From the sequence record MZ234025.1: a stretch of 64,000 nt of DNA. One strand, written 5' to 3'. Below the pieces are notes generated by a model, which was given only the letters and a program-made list of their open reading frames with translations, searched no databases and had not been told where the DNA came from. Positions 1 to 10,689 of the stretch are shown here, one piece after another (within the stretch, counting starts at the first letter, position 1; the number at the start of each line of letters is the position of its first letter). Made by a program: the position numbers and the translations under genes. Origin of the DNA: Escherichia phage vB_EcoM-172859UKE1.

Positions 1-153
1 GCTGATTGTGAATGTAATGGTTGGGTTCATTCTAAAGGCCGTGAAGGTACTGTAGGTATTTTCCTTCCAATTATTAAAGGGTTCCGTTTTGATAAAACAG
101 AAGCGGATTCGTTTGAAGACGTATTTGGACCGTGGTCCCAGACAGGTTTATAA
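1..153 (+). CDS. 30: 3' end of DNA ligase gene (gp30-like), truncated by window start
   Basis: Frame open from pos 1 to TAA 151-153; C-terminal peptide ...FEDVFGPWSQTGL resembles the T4 DNA ligase C-terminus as I recall it; stop overlaps next start (TAATG). Confidence 0.5.
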   Translation, partial: ADCECNGWVHSKGREGTVGIFLPIIKGFRFDKTEADSFEDVFGPWSQTGL

Positions 154-341
154 TGAAAGCTTATTTAGAAACAGTTATTGTAGCTAAGAAGGATGGTGGA
201 GATGTTTCCACCTCTTGTTCCCAAATTGTATTAGATTTTCCTAATAACGATTCCTATCATATTTTTATGGACAATTTCGATAAGTACGAAAAAGGCTCTA
301 ATTTTGAAGTTTATCGTACTTTGCTTCCGATTGTGGATTAA
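153..341 (+). CDS. hypothetical small protein (62 aa)
   Basis: ATG at 153 overlapping the upstream stop; track ORF 132..341 begins at a GTG; followed by a hairpin terminator. Confidence 0.45.
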   Translation: MKAYLETVIVAKKDGGDVSTSCSQIVLDFPNNDSYHIFMDNFDKYEKGSNFEVYRTLLPIVD

Positions 342-361
342 GAGCCTTCGGGCTCTTTTTG
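341..361 (+). terminator. rho-independent terminator (AGAGCC-TTCG-GGCTCT + T5)
   Basis: GC stem with UUCG loop followed by TTTTT, read directly. Confidence 0.6.
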
Positions 362-396
362 GCATAAATATAAATTATTACTAAAAGGAAAACACT

Positions 397-2484
397 ATGT
401 CTGAACAATTAAATGAAGTGTTTGAATCTGAAGGCAGTCTTCCTGTCGTCAATTTGAACCCTAAAGCTAAAGTTCCACAAGTCTGGAAAATTGGTGATAT
501 CGATACAAATATTGTAGTTCGTTTATTCTCTTACCTTTCCGAAGGCGACGCTGTAAAACAAGTTAAACTTGGCGACAAATACGCTCATGTTGTTATTATG
601 AGTCTGTCTGAAAAGGGTAATCTCGCTGAATTGAAAAATGGCCTTGGTCCTGCTCCTATTGATGCAATCAACACCATTTTCAATACAGTATATGAACAGG
701 TTAAAGCTCTTCGTATGGATGCAGTTCTATTCCGATTCCCTACCAAGAAATTGAAAGGACGTGGACAGCAGCTTCAAACTCTTCTTGCTCGTTTAGTTTC
801 TACTAAAACCGGTGGTCGTTTTAAAGTATTGTCGGCAATGTATCAATTCACAGGTAAACACACCTATGTAATGATGGTTCGTAAAAATGCCAACATTGAA
901 GATATTAAAGGCATCCCTAACATTAACACAGAGTTATACACGAAAGTAGATTCTGATGTTGGCGAAGTTTATGTGAGTAAAAAGACTGGCGAAAAGGTCA
1001 CCAAAGAAACGGCTATCGCTGGTTCTATTGCTGCTGTAGAAGAAAAACGTAAAGATAAGCCTGTTATTGCTCGTACTAAAATTTCTCGTCGTGCTATTGC
1101 AGCAAGTCAATCTTTAGAAGCTGACCGCCAAGAAGGTGAGTTATTCCAGAAATACGAAAATTCTGCTAAAGAAGTTAGTGGCCCAGCTACAGCCGAATTA
1201 CTTCCTGAAGCATATGAAATCGTACTAGCCCAAGCATCATCCACAGCAAAAGGCACTTTAGTTGCTGATATCGAAAATAAGATTTATAATCGTATTGATG
1301 AATCCTTTAGATTTGCTGATGAAGTTTCTTATGGTAGTGTTATTAAGCCAACTTTAGAAAAGTTTGCTAAGAAAATTAAAACTGAAAAAACAACATCTGT
1401 TAAAGCATTAGCTGCTTTTGTTGAAGCTGCAAACGAAATTGCAGACTCTATTAAAGACGAATGGTTTGAAGATTTTAGACGTGATAATTTCCAACTGGCC
1501 GACGATGTTTTAGCTGAAGTATCTGAAAAAACTTGGAAACAACGTAAATCAGCGTTCTTGTCTAATGTGATGTATACTTATGCACGAGAATCGGCTAGAG
1601 GCACCTTTAATATAACAATGAATCGGGACCCTAAACAATACTCTGTTGCTGAAAAACGAGCTATTCGTGAATATGCCTCTTCTGCGTATACCGATATCAA
1701 TAATATGTTGTTAGGTCGTTATAAACCAGATTTTTACGATGTTGCAGATGAAGATGAAGTTAAACGCGCTATTGATGGTCTTGATTCAGCGGTTTTAAAT
1801 GGAGATCGTTTACCTGAAGGGCTAACGTTATATAGAGCTCAGTCTATCAGAATGCCTATTTACGAAGCAATGGTTAAAAATAAGGTATTCTACTTCAGAA
1901 ACTATGTTTCCACTTCACTAGCTCCTATTATTTTCGGTGGGTTTAAAGAGAACGTTGCCCTTGGACTTGCTCCTGAAGAAGTTCGCAAAGAGCTTAACAT
2001 TGACAATAATGACGAAGGTGTTACTATTTCTCCTAGTCAAGTAAGAACAGCTATGCATGCACCAGAACAAATCCGTGTTAACGTTGGATGGGCTATTGAT
2101 GGCGCCCATAAAGTTAACGTGATTTATCCAGGACAGTTGAGTAATCACCCTAATGAGCAAGAAATTATTTTGCCTAGAGGCATTCTCTTGCAGATAAATA
2201 AAATTACAGATGCGTCATCTGACACTGGTGCAGGTTTAGAATCCAACCTTAAATTTATTCAAGCTGAAGTCATGTCCTCGGACCAGTTGGATGAAGCTGT
2301 CATTTACGATGGTGATGTTCTCATGGAAACAGGCGAGGTGGTTGCTATGACGGGTGAAATTGAATCAGATGAGCCGGTATCGTTCTCCTCATTTGTAGAA
2401 AAAACTAGTGCACCTAAAGGTTTGAAATTGTTAGCATCTTTAATGGATTTAGAATCAGTTCCGTTTAAATTTGTCCAAGGATAG
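397..2484 (+). CDS. alt: Alt-like ADP-ribosyltransferase (packaged head protein)
   Basis: 695 aa (T4 Alt 682 aa); position between ligase and gene 54; C-terminal region has R / STS / EQE (R-S-ExE) ADP-ribosyltransferase motifs (YRAQS.., YVSTSLAP, NEQEII); RBS AAAAGGAAAA. Confidence 0.8.
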   Translation: MSEQLNEVFESEGSLPVVNLNPKAKVPQVWKIGDIDTNIVVRLFSYLSEGDAVKQVKLGDKYAHVVIMSLSEKGNLAELKNGLGPAPIDAINTIFNTVYEQVKALRMDAVLFRFPTKKLKGRGQQLQTLLARLVSTKTGGRFKVLSAMYQFTGKHTYVMMVRKNANIEDIKGIPNINTELYTKVDSDVGEVYVSKKTGEKVTKETAIAGSIAAVEEKRKDKPVIARTKISRRAIAASQSLEADRQEGELFQKYENSAKEVSGPATAELLPEAYEIVLAQASSTAKGTLVADIENKIYNRIDESFRFADEVSYGSVIKPTLEKFAKKIKTEKTTSVKALAAFVEAANEIADSIKDEWFEDFRRDNFQLADDVLAEVSEKTWKQRKSAFLSNVMYTYARESARGTFNITMNRDPKQYSVAEKRAIREYASSAYTDINNMLLGRYKPDFYDVADEDEVKRAIDGLDSAVLNGDRLPEGLTLYRAQSIRMPIYEAMVKNKVFYFRNYVSTSLAPIIFGGFKENVALGLAPEEVRKELNIDNNDEGVTISPSQVRTAMHAPEQIRVNVGWAIDGAHKVNVIYPGQLSNHPNEQEIILPRGILLQINKITDASSDTGAGLESNLKFIQAEVMSSDQLDEAVIYDGDVLMETGEVVAMTGEIESDEPVSFSSFVEKTSAPKGLKLLASLMDLESVPFKFVQG

Positions 2485-2513
2485 TTTACAAACACATGGA
2501 TGTGTGATACTAT
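2484..2513 (+). promoter_or_regulatory. T4-type early promoter cassette (GTTTAC -35, TACTAT -10, flanking inverted repeat GGATG/CATCC)
   Basis: GTTTAC at 2484-2489, -10-like at 2508-2513; same architecture recurs 12+ times in window. Confidence 0.55.
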
Positions 2514-2542
2514 CATCCCATCAACAACATGAGGAAAACGTT

Positions 2543-2836
2543 ATGAAATCTATGCTTCGCTTTAATGGTCAAGAACTAGTAGTTGAAGATGCTATCCCAG
2601 CGGATGATGTTTTTAACGAAGCTGTGATTGACGAATTGAATCGAGTATTCCCAGGTGCATTCCATATTGCTATGGAACCTCTTAAAAACTTTCGTGACCC
2701 TGAGCACACTGATCAAATTTTTATCGGTGTAGTGACAGGTCATTTAGAAACAGAGGTACCAATGGTCGTATTAGTTAAATACTCTAAAGATGATACTCCA
2801 TTCCGAGCACCAGCATTCCTTTCATTCCGTAAATAA
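2543..2836 (+). CDS. hypothetical early protein (97 aa)
   Basis: ATG 2543 with GAGGAAAA RBS; track ORF 2471..2836 starts further upstream inside the promoter. Confidence 0.55.
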   Translation: MKSMLRFNGQELVVEDAIPADDVFNEAVIDELNRVFPGAFHIAMEPLKNFRDPEHTDQIFIGVVTGHLETEVPMVVLVKYSKDDTPFRAPAFLSFRK

Positions 2837-2845
2837 ACCCCTAAA

Positions 2846-2869
2846 GGGAGACGTTGTCTCCCTTTTTTT
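2846..2869 (+). terminator. rho-independent terminator (GGGAGAC-GTTG-TCTCCC + T7)
   Basis: Perfect stem plus T-run, between convergent genes. Confidence 0.65.
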
Positions 2870-2871
2870 CC

Positions 2872-3834
2872 TTATAGTCCTAAAACTCTTGACGCAGAAT
2901 TCACCACACCTGTCAATGTGTTTATATTAGACACACCTCCAGCAGTCCCACCTAATCTAGAAAGTCTTGATACTGCACTTCCTAGACCAGAATCATTCTG
3001 ATTATTTCCAAACATTCCTGAAACACTACTAATAAGTCCTGATTCCAGCCATTCTAAAGCAGCCTGTCTATTTACAGCACCTGATTGCATAACGCGATAA
3101 GCAAATGTTACATCAAAAACTGTTATCTGATTATCACCATCATACGTTAACTCAGGAGAAGAGACACTAACAGGAATACATCCGGTGAACATGACAGCGG
3201 TATGTGGTAAACCATTTCGTGCATGTAAATTAACCTGAATATCTGCTTCGACATCTTGTGGTAAAGCACGAAGACCTGTTACAGGGTCTTGGACCGAGTT
3301 TACCCAGTCTTGCATTGCTCTAAAGTTAGATGCTTCGGAATCCATTCTAAAGCTTATTACTAATGGGTCCATTTCTCGGCCGGTAATTCGGATGTTCGGT
3401 GAGTTATAGTTGAAATCCGTTTCATAAGATAATCGGTTCTCAGGCATTTTTACAGAATAAATCATTAAACCTGTATTATTATATGCCATATTGAAGAAAT
3501 CTATCAGATAAGATCCTACTGTGAACTCACCTAACAAGCTTTGTACCGTACGTTGACTCATTGCTCCAATCAGATATTTACTTATACCTGATTTTCGAAT
3601 TAATTTCTGTGTTCCTGCTGTAATCAGGGTTGTTACGCCCTGATTGATATCACCTTGAGTCAATCCTAGCCAATCGGAATCCAACCCTAAGTTATTATAA
3701 GCAAAACTACCAATTGACGAAATTAGTGAAGATGATTTGGTCGATGGCGTAGTAGCAAATACACAACTAAACATATTGTTTCGTTGGAAATCTGCATTTA
3801 TAGCTTGGTTATTAAATTCTTCTAAAGAGTACAT
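2872..3834 (-). CDS. 54: baseplate tail tube initiator gp54
   Basis: 320 aa, same as T4 gp54; synteny 54-48-29. Confidence 0.8.
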   Translation of the reverse strand: MYSLEEFNNQAINADFQRNNMFSCVFATTPSTKSSSLISSIGSFAYNNLGLDSDWLGLTQGDINQGVTTLITAGTQKLIRKSGISKYLIGAMSQRTVQSLLGEFTVGSYLIDFFNMAYNNTGLMIYSVKMPENRLSYETDFNYNSPNIRITGREMDPLVISFRMDSEASNFRAMQDWVNSVQDPVTGLRALPQDVEADIQVNLHARNGLPHTAVMFTGCIPVSVSSPELTYDGDNQITVFDVTFAYRVMQSGAVNRQAALEWLESGLISSVSGMFGNNQNDSGLGSAVSRLSRLGGTAGGVSNINTLTGVVNSASRVLGL

Positions 3835-4943
3835 TAGAAAGTCCCCGCATAAAGTGAAGAACGGTTTAATGTAATAATTTCTCGCATTGTTATCTCTAAC
3901 GTAAATGTTGATGGTAAGTTAGGAGCAACAGCGAGACCATTAAATTGTCCATTTGGAGTTTTATCAAAACGTACGCTTTGAATTTGACATGGGCCAAATA
4001 CATCAGTTAACCCGTCAAATTTAGACGTGTGTCCAAAGTTTTTAACCATCCAAATTGTAGGGTTGCTTACAACTAATACATTTGTTAATGACGCAGTAAT
4101 CTTTTCAAACAATGTCTTATTTTTTACTGCATCGTCTGGTGTCATAGGCTCAATAAACGTTGAACGGTACCATTCGTCTAAATAACTTTTAATCTCTTGG
4201 GCGTATTGTGATTTACCTGTCTCACCATATGAGAAATAGTTAAAATATTGGTAAATGTTTATAATAGCCATAAGGTCTTCAGTTGAACGTGGAGTTAAAT
4301 CCCATGTAAAGACTTTAGTACGGTTCTCAGCACCGCCATACATACTACGAGAAGTCGTATAAATCTGTTCGTTATTATCAGCCATAAGCCCTTGAGTAAT
4401 AGAATCTAATGCACCAAAAACTGCAGTAGAAGCAATGTTACTTAAAACACCCGTAGCAGTACCTCCACCTTTAGTAATAAGGCTATCACCGATATCATTA
4501 AAACGATGTGAAGTTGTATCAACGTCAGATTTGGAACGTGGCAAAAGTATATTAGCAACAGGAGTTTTATTTATAGTAGATTTATTAGCTCCAGCAGGAA
4601 GCAATCCATTTGAGAATTTAGTCACTGCATCTTTCACATTATCAGTTAAATCTGATATGATACCATTAGATGAAGTCCCGGCGTATGCCGGACGTAAATT
4701 CCTGAGGGATCCTGAATCGCGTGCAGACATATTGTACGCAGTAAATAATAATCCATTCTTATAAAGGTCTGTTACCTGGAAGTCTCCTGTGGAGTCATTT
4801 CCGGCTGCTCTTCCTGTAGGAAATTGAGCAACATAAGTTTTAGTAGTTGTTTCGGTTTTAGTGCTTTGCCCAGCACTTTCTGAGACTGGTATCGCTTTAT
4901 TTAAATCCTTTGCATCTACTACTATTTCTTTTACACTAATCAT
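3834..4943 (-). CDS. 48: baseplate tail tube cap gp48
   Basis: 369 aa (T4 gp48 about 364); synteny. Confidence 0.8.
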   Translation of the reverse strand: MISVKEIVVDAKDLNKAIPVSESAGQSTKTETTTKTYVAQFPTGRAAGNDSTGDFQVTDLYKNGLLFTAYNMSARDSGSLRNLRPAYAGTSSNGIISDLTDNVKDAVTKFSNGLLPAGANKSTINKTPVANILLPRSKSDVDTTSHRFNDIGDSLITKGGGTATGVLSNIASTAVFGALDSITQGLMADNNEQIYTTSRSMYGGAENRTKVFTWDLTPRSTEDLMAIINIYQYFNYFSYGETGKSQYAQEIKSYLDEWYRSTFIEPMTPDDAVKNKTLFEKITASLTNVLVVSNPTIWMVKNFGHTSKFDGLTDVFGPCQIQSVRFDKTPNGQFNGLAVAPNLPSTFTLEITMREIITLNRSSLYAGTF

Positions 4944-4951
4944 AATAATCC

Positions 4952-6724
4952 TTAATTAACACCGGTGGCATGGAAAATTCCAGGAGCCGTTGTACTTGTT
5001 ACAGGGGTCATATTCTGGACTACGGTATTCTTTTTGACGACATTATTTGTGTTACTAATCGCCGCTACCGGTTGCTGTTGTTTAGATTCAGAAGCACGTC
5101 CTTTCTCTATTGACTGAACTTGTTTTGCTTCCGGAGATTTAGACGAAGATTCAGGCTTAACTGTTGTCTGAGCCTTTTTGGCTTCAGCCATTTTATTATT
5201 TAGCTTTTCAAATCTAGCATCTAATTCCTTTTTAACAACAGGAGTTTTATTAAGTTCAGGGTCTTTAATAAGTTTACTTAAATCAGCATAAGACTTCTCG
5301 ACGTTTTTAGCATTTTCCGGATTAGTCATATCGATTTTATCGATATAATCCTCAAATCTAACGAGTGCCGCACGAGTTTCATTAGCTTTTATATACGCCT
5401 CTTTACGCTCCTCTTCAGGTAACTCTTTTAATTTTGCCGATTCCGCAGCACGCTCATCGCTTGTACTAAACTCTTCTTTATTGTCATTACCACGAACCCA
5501 GTTAGTAACGAATGTTTTGCCACGTTGTAACATATCAAGACCTTTAGAAACGGTTCCTAATTCCCCATCGTCACGCTTCATTTGATATTTAGCGACTTTC
5601 TCTTGGTCTTCTTTCTTTAATTTGTTCCCAGTAGTTTCTTGGAATCCTTCCAAAGCACGTCCTTCTATTTCGTCCGCGGTATCACCAAAACCTATAGCAC
5701 GCAATATAGACGCGGAGAGTTTAGCCATTCCTAATTGAATTAGTTCACCTAAGTTCATTAATGCTGTTCCTACACCTTTGACAATAGCAACGGTTAAACC
5801 ACCCCAGTCTCCAGCTTCCCACAATTGTTTTATCGAGTCAATAGAAGTGAATATATCACTTAAGAATTTACCCCACTCTTTAGCTTCATCGGAGAATTTA
5901 GTAAAGTTTTCATCAAATAAATCCCAGGCAGAAGTGAACTTGTCTGTCCAATATTTGAAATGGACTATCAATAAATCAATACCGATAACAATACCAAGAA
6001 TAAGTGCGGCCATTTTTGCTGCTTCAATAGCAGCCGTTATAGTGTATTTGAAAAGCATTCCAGCAATTCTGTCTGAAATTGATATTGATTTATTAAACCC
6101 GGCTTGAACTGTTTTGGTGAGCATTGCAATTTTATCGCTCAATTTAAAGCTAATTCCGCCTTTAGAATCGGAAGTAGAATTAGCACTTTCTTGAACCGGG
6201 GCCGGGAAGAAATCTTCGTCTGGCTTATTATCAATCTTTTCAGGTGTAGGGAATGCTTTAAACAACTCATCAGAAGTTTCATTCTCAACCACTTTAACAG
6301 GTATTGCGTTCTCAATTACTTCAAGAGAGGTGCCTCCTGTATTTTGAATAGCGGTAGATGTTTGTAATTTTTGCTCTAATAATGTAGCTAATCGGTCTAA
6401 CTTAGAGCTTATTGCACTAGAAACTTCGTTTATACTTTTAGTGACTTCAGTTTGTTTTTCAATAACTTCTGCGATAAGCTCTGTGCCTTCAGCAGTATTA
6501 TCTGTCGAATTCTTTAAGTCTCCAATTGATTCAATAATTCCATTGCCTTTATCTTCTACACTTTGTGATGTGAGTTCAGACGCGGCTTGGACATCGTCTA
6601 GTTTTGATGAAATGTCATTCAATGCTTCTAATGAATCGGTAGCTGCTGTTGCAGCTACTTTTTGTGGTTTATTATCGGCAATGACCTTATTTCTACGCAT
6701 GGATTTCATTTCTTCAGGTTTCAT
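4952..6724 (-). CDS. 29: baseplate hub / tail length determinator gp29
   Basis: 590 aa, same as T4 gp29; synteny. Confidence 0.8.
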   Translation of the reverse strand: MKPEEMKSMRRNKVIADNKPQKVAATAATDSLEALNDISSKLDDVQAASELTSQSVEDKGNGIIESIGDLKNSTDNTAEGTELIAEVIEKQTEVTKSINEVSSAISSKLDRLATLLEQKLQTSTAIQNTGGTSLEVIENAIPVKVVENETSDELFKAFPTPEKIDNKPDEDFFPAPVQESANSTSDSKGGISFKLSDKIAMLTKTVQAGFNKSISISDRIAGMLFKYTITAAIEAAKMAALILGIVIGIDLLIVHFKYWTDKFTSAWDLFDENFTKFSDEAKEWGKFLSDIFTSIDSIKQLWEAGDWGGLTVAIVKGVGTALMNLGELIQLGMAKLSASILRAIGFGDTADEIEGRALEGFQETTGNKLKKEDQEKVAKYQMKRDDGELGTVSKGLDMLQRGKTFVTNWVRGNDNKEEFSTSDERAAESAKLKELPEEERKEAYIKANETRAALVRFEDYIDKIDMTNPENAKNVEKSYADLSKLIKDPELNKTPVVKKELDARFEKLNNKMAEAKKAQTTVKPESSSKSPEAKQVQSIEKGRASESKQQQPVAAISNTNNVVKKNTVVQNMTPVTSTTAPGIFHATGVN

Positions 6725-7254
6725 TCAAGCAATCCAATAATTTCTGCTATACCCTTAATAGGGCCATTAGGGCCCGGAATAGCAATAGTTGTCGAAAGGT
6801 CTTCTGCCCATTTGATTACAAAAGCAGGCATCTCAAGGAAAGAAATTTCTTTCTCTTCGTCATTAACTTTTATTAAGCAATTTGATAGCATTTCACTGAT
6901 TGTAGCGAATTGTTCAAATTTGCCTGGGGGTCTAAAATAAAAAGTATTACCTTGAAATTGGAATTCTGTTCGTTGGCATACATAGACGTCATCTAGTTTA
7001 TAAGTGAATCCATCTTTTTCAACTTCAGACTTAAGTTTATTATTAAATTCCAATATGTGTAGACATGCAAAATCAAAATCTGCGGGACTCATATTTTTAC
7101 AAATAGAATCAGCTAAGATTTTCATGTTTTCGTCAGGACCTTTAACGTCCTTTAAAAGATTATAATGTTTGAGCCCTAATTTAGGAATCATTACCTTTTT
7201 ATTAGACTGTGGTAGAATTATTTTCTTTAGAGGTAGAATCAGATTTAAGTTCAT
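6721..7254 (-). CDS. 28: baseplate hub distal subunit gp28
   Basis: 177 aa as in T4; an alternative start at 7191 (RBS AAAGG, no overlap with gp27) is possible. Confidence 0.7.
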   Translation of the reverse strand: MNLNLILPLKKIILPQSNKKVMIPKLGLKHYNLLKDVKGPDENMKILADSICKNMSPADFDFACLHILEFNNKLKSEVEKDGFTYKLDDVYVCQRTEFQFQGNTFYFRPPGKFEQFATISEMLSNCLIKVNDEEKEISFLEMPAFVIKWAEDLSTTIAIPGPNGPIKGIAEIIGLLE

Positions 7255-8374
7255 TTTTAACCTTAACTGGGTTAACAGGTTCTAACACCATTGAGTTGGT
7301 AAACATGTACAGATGAGTTTGTGAGTTGTTATTTGATAACTCATGAATAACTTCATCGACGTAAAATTCGGATTTGAATTGGTTCTTTTGGTCAACAAAT
7401 ATAATTTTAGTAGCAGGCGTTATGTTAAAATTACCTGTAGTAGTGCATTTAGCATATCCGTCATATTGGGCCATTGTCTGAAGACGACTTGCTTCTTCAA
7501 ATCCATTACGATAGGTCATTTCGGAATATCCACCGGATCTTGACACAAGAATAGCATTATCACCATCGCCTGTAACAATAACCGGAATAGATGTATCTAA
7601 AAATGAATGGGCGAATATCGTGGCGTTTTTAATAGGGTCTCTTGTAAATTGGTTAGCTTTAGTCATCCAGGTGAAATCCCATACTAATGGATACTCAAGC
7701 TCTTGAATATACTGACCTACGGTATTTGGCTCGCCTACAACCATCTTAATGCCTTCTTGACCAATAAGAGTATCGTAGTCAATCATGTTTACGCCTAAAA
7801 TATCTTGCCATACGAATACGAACTTATCACTCGCTGTAGCAAGTCCTAATTCTCTGACATATGCCAAATAATCATCAAATGTGCTTGTCCAAGGAATATC
7901 AGGAACATAAGCATTAATAGTGTTTATTGGCGGAGTAATTAACGTACGGTCTTTATATATGACACCTAACATTTCACGTATAGATTCTCCTGCGTCTGGG
8001 AAGAATGGTCGCCCAAATTTAAGGTTCTCTATAGAATGTATTGTTCCAAGCTCAATTGCAATAATATTGTCACCTTTTGAGTCCACAGACACAGAATAAT
8101 GTCTACATCCGTAAATTCGAGTTCTAACTTGGAGAGGTGTGTTTGAATTTGAAACAGAGATTTGGACTATCTGTCTACCATCCATTTTAGTGTGGATGTT
8201 TTTAGTGTCATAAAATTGAAGAATCCCTTCATTTCTTCCATATAACGAATCTCGCATGGTTAAAGTTGTTATTGTTGCCGCGAGTTCAACGTATCTATTT
8301 TCTTGCCAAGCTGAATAATCTTGGTATAATTTAACGCTTAAGTTAGGATATCCTGGACGTTGGAATACTGTCAT
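7202..8374 (-). CDS. 27: baseplate hub subunit gp27
   Basis: 390 aa (T4 gp27 391); synteny. Confidence 0.8.
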   Translation of the reverse strand: MTVFQRPGYPNLSVKLYQDYSAWQENRYVELAATITTLTMRDSLYGRNEGILQFYDTKNIHTKMDGRQIVQISVSNSNTPLQVRTRIYGCRHYSVSVDSKGDNIIAIELGTIHSIENLKFGRPFFPDAGESIREMLGVIYKDRTLITPPINTINAYVPDIPWTSTFDDYLAYVRELGLATASDKFVFVWQDILGVNMIDYDTLIGQEGIKMVVGEPNTVGQYIQELEYPLVWDFTWMTKANQFTRDPIKNATIFAHSFLDTSIPVIVTGDGDNAILVSRSGGYSEMTYRNGFEEASRLQTMAQYDGYAKCTTTGNFNITPATKIIFVDQKNQFKSEFYVDEVIHELSNNNSQTHLYMFTNSMVLEPVNPVKVKNELKSDSTSKENNSTTV

Positions 8375-9123
8375 TTTTTATGGTCCTTTTCTACTAATGT
8401 TAAAGCAATACCACGTTCAACAGGAATCATTTGCATAATAGAATCCAATGTGTATTGACTCTTTACTAGTGAATGGTTTATCTGATAGAATGTAAAAATC
8501 TCATCAGGGTTAACTAACAATTTAAAAACCTCTAAGATATCAGTATATGTTTTAACATGACGTTCACAACAACCTAATCTAAGGGTCAAATTAATAGGGT
8601 TCATAGAAGCAATAACCTTCTCGAGCGAGTCAATGTCTATTGCTTCTATTACTTGGATTTGGTTCTCTTCAGTCAAATCATTCCATGGGTACCATTCATC
8701 ATTATAATATATTTCTTTTATGTTTTCACTTATCATTAATGCCTTGTTGTCATAAAACTTTTCAGGGAAAGAAAAACGTATTTTTATACCAGCAACATCA
8801 AGTTCAGGTTCGACTAGTTCTTTTTGATATATCTCAAATGGTGCAGTTTTTTCTTTAGAGCATTTAGGGCAAGTGAAAATAACGGGAACTTTTGTTTTGC
8901 CTATAGAGCCTGCAAAAACTTGCAGGAATATAAATGGTTGCCATGTTTTAGGGTACTCGCCAAAATAATCATCAATCAGATCGGCAATTATTTCTTTTTG
9001 TTCTTGCGGCGAACGATGTTCGATATCATTTCTAACTAGTAAAAAGTCTCTATAATCCGCCACAGTGAACGGCTTAAAACGATGAACACCATCCGGTAAT
9101 TTACAACGAATTATATTAGCCAT
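8371..9123 (-). CDS. 51: baseplate hub assembly catalyst gp51
   Basis: 250 aa (T4 249); synteny. Confidence 0.75.
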   Translation of the reverse strand: MANIIRCKLPDGVHRFKPFTVADYRDFLLVRNDIEHRSPQEQKEIIADLIDDYFGEYPKTWQPFIFLQVFAGSIGKTKVPVIFTCPKCSKEKTAPFEIYQKELVEPELDVAGIKIRFSFPEKFYDNKALMISENIKEIYYNDEWYPWNDLTEENQIQVIEAIDIDSLEKVIASMNPINLTLRLGCCERHVKTYTDILEVFKLLVNPDEIFTFYQINHSLVKSQYTLDSIMQMIPVERGIALTLVEKDHKK

Positions 9124-9140
9124 AATTACTCCTTTTCTAT

Positions 9141-9148
9141 TATTTATA
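9141..9148 (-). promoter_or_regulatory. late promoter TATAAATA (minus strand) for gene 51
   Basis: Plus strand TATTTATA = TATAAATA on minus, 18 nt upstream of gp51 start. Confidence 0.7.
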
Positions 9149-9152
9149 AATA
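9145..9152 (+). promoter_or_regulatory. late promoter TATAAATA for gene 26
   Basis: Exact TATAAATA 19 nt upstream of gp26 ATG; overlaps divergent gp51 promoter. Confidence 0.7.
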
Positions 9153-9170
9153 CACAATAAAGGAGTTAAC

Positions 9171-9797
9171 ATGTACAAATATACGTTTACCGTACGTTTA
9201 GGCGATAAAGAAGTGAATTGTAGAGCCTTTACTTTAAAAGAATATTTAGGACTCATAGGTGCGCGGGCTACCGGTACTATTGAATCAGCAGTGAACAATA
9301 TTATCACTAATTGCTCTAACGCTAAAAACTTGACTAAACAAGAAGCCGAGTTATTGTTGGTAAATCTGTGGGCACATTCGTTAGGTGAAGTGAATCAAGA
9401 ACACACCTGGAATTGTTCCTGTGGGCATTCATTTCAAGTCTATATGAATTTATTGCACACTCAATTAGATGAACAGGCCGATCCCTGGTATTCGTTTAGT
9501 GGTATTAAAATTAAGTTCCGTCAACCTAAATTATTTGATGATAAAAATATCGCATTAATGATTGCTTCATGTATTGAGGCTGTTTTTGTCAATGGAGAGT
9601 CCATCCCTGTTGAAGATTTAACTGAAGCAGAAATAAACGACCTTTACGGCCTTATAACAGAAGATGACATGATCAATATTAAAAATCTTTTGGTATCACC
9701 ATCAATTTATCTGGCAACCCCTATTAAATGTCCCAAATGCGGGGCGTCACACGTTCACACAATACGAGGCCTCAAAGAATTCTTTGAGTTACTATAA
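9171..9797 (+). CDS. 26: baseplate hub subunit gp26
   Basis: 208 aa as in T4; RBS AAAGGAG. Confidence 0.8.
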   Translation: MYKYTFTVRLGDKEVNCRAFTLKEYLGLIGARATGTIESAVNNIITNCSNAKNLTKQEAELLLVNLWAHSLGEVNQEHTWNCSCGHSFQVYMNLLHTQLDEQADPWYSFSGIKIKFRQPKLFDDKNIALMIASCIEAVFVNGESIPVEDLTEAEINDLYGLITEDDMINIKNLLVSPSIYLATPIKCPKCGASHVHTIRGLKEFFELL

Positions 9798-10195
9798 TGT
9801 CTAATATCAATAAACTTTATTCAGATATCGATCCAGAAATGCGTATGGATTGGAACAAGGACGTTGCTCGTTCTGTAGGACTTCGTTCTATTAAAAATAG
9901 TCTTCTTGGCATAGTGACAACTAGAAAAGGCTCACGCCCCTTCGACCCTGAATTTGGATGCGATTTGGTCGACGAACTTTTCGAGAACATGACACCGCTT
10001 ACAGCCGATACGATTGAGCGTAATATCCAGGCAGCCGTCCGTAACTATGAGCCGCGCATCGACAAACTTTCTGTAAGTGTAACGCCAGTATATGATGACT
10101 ATACAGTTATAGTAGAGATTAGATTTTCGGTCGTAGATAATCCTGATGATATCGAACAAATCAAACTTCAGTTAGCATCAAGCAATAGAGTGTAA
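9797..10195 (+). CDS. 25: baseplate wedge / sheath initiator gp25
   Basis: 132 aa as in T4; synteny. Confidence 0.85.
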   Translation: MSNINKLYSDIDPEMRMDWNKDVARSVGLRSIKNSLLGIVTTRKGSRPFDPEFGCDLVDELFENMTPLTADTIERNIQAAVRNYEPRIDKLSVSVTPVYDDYTVIVEIRFSVVDNPDDIEQIKLQLASSNRV

Positions 10196-10220
10196 TGCTT
10201 CAAGGCAACCTATGTATAAT
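10194..10220 (+). promoter_or_regulatory. middle-mode promoter: MotA box (AATGCTTCA) + TATAAT
   Basis: TGCTTCA at 10196-10202, TATAAT at 10215-10220, 12-nt spacing typical of T4 middle promoters. Confidence 0.55.
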
Positions 10221-10275
10221 GGTTTTAGGTCCTTCCGATACAGCCGGGAGATTATTAGTTAAAAGAGAGAATATT

Positions 10276-10689
10276 ATGAAGCTGGAAGATTTACAGGAAG
10301 AGTTAGACGCAGACTTAGCTATTGATACGACAAAGTTGCAATATGAGACGGCGAATAATGTTAAGTTATACAGCAAATGGCTACGTAAGCACTCATTTAT
10401 TCGTAAAGAAATGTTGCGTATAGAGACTCAGAAGAAAACTGCTCTAAAAGCAAGATTAGACTACTACTCGGGACGAGGTGACGGTGATGAATTCAGTATG
10501 GACCGATACGAGAAATCTGAAATGAAAACTGTCCTGGCTGCAGATAAAGATGTGCTTAAAATAGAGACTACTTTACAATACTGGGGAATTTTACTTGAGT
10601 TCTGTAGTGGTGCACTTGACGCAGTTAAATCTCGTAGTTTTGCACTTAAACATATCCAGGATATGCGAGAATTTGAAGCGGGGCAATAA
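10276..10689 (+). CDS. uvsY: recombination mediator UvsY
   Basis: 137 aa from ATG 10276 (MKLEDLQEELDADLAIDTTKLQYE...), matches T4 UvsY N-terminus as recalled; track ORF is N-extended. Confidence 0.85.
   Translation: MKLEDLQEELDADLAIDTTKLQYETANNVKLYSKWLRKHSFIRKEMLRIETQKKTALKARLDYYSGRGDGDEFSMDRYEKSEMKTVLAADKDVLKIETTLQYWGILLEFCSGALDAVKSRSFALKHIQDMREFEAGQ

Noticed and set aside
369-376. Late promoter upstream of alt (TATAAATT)
   Set aside because: 7/8 match only; the late-promoter octamer is normally invariant, so not called.
1918-2516. Minus-strand ORFs (80 and 70 aa) inside alt
   Set aside because: Embedded antisense in a well-supported gene; no RBS.
4435-6940. Plus-strand ORFs overlapping genes 48 and 29
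   Set aside because: Antisense to conserved baseplate genes; no independent support.
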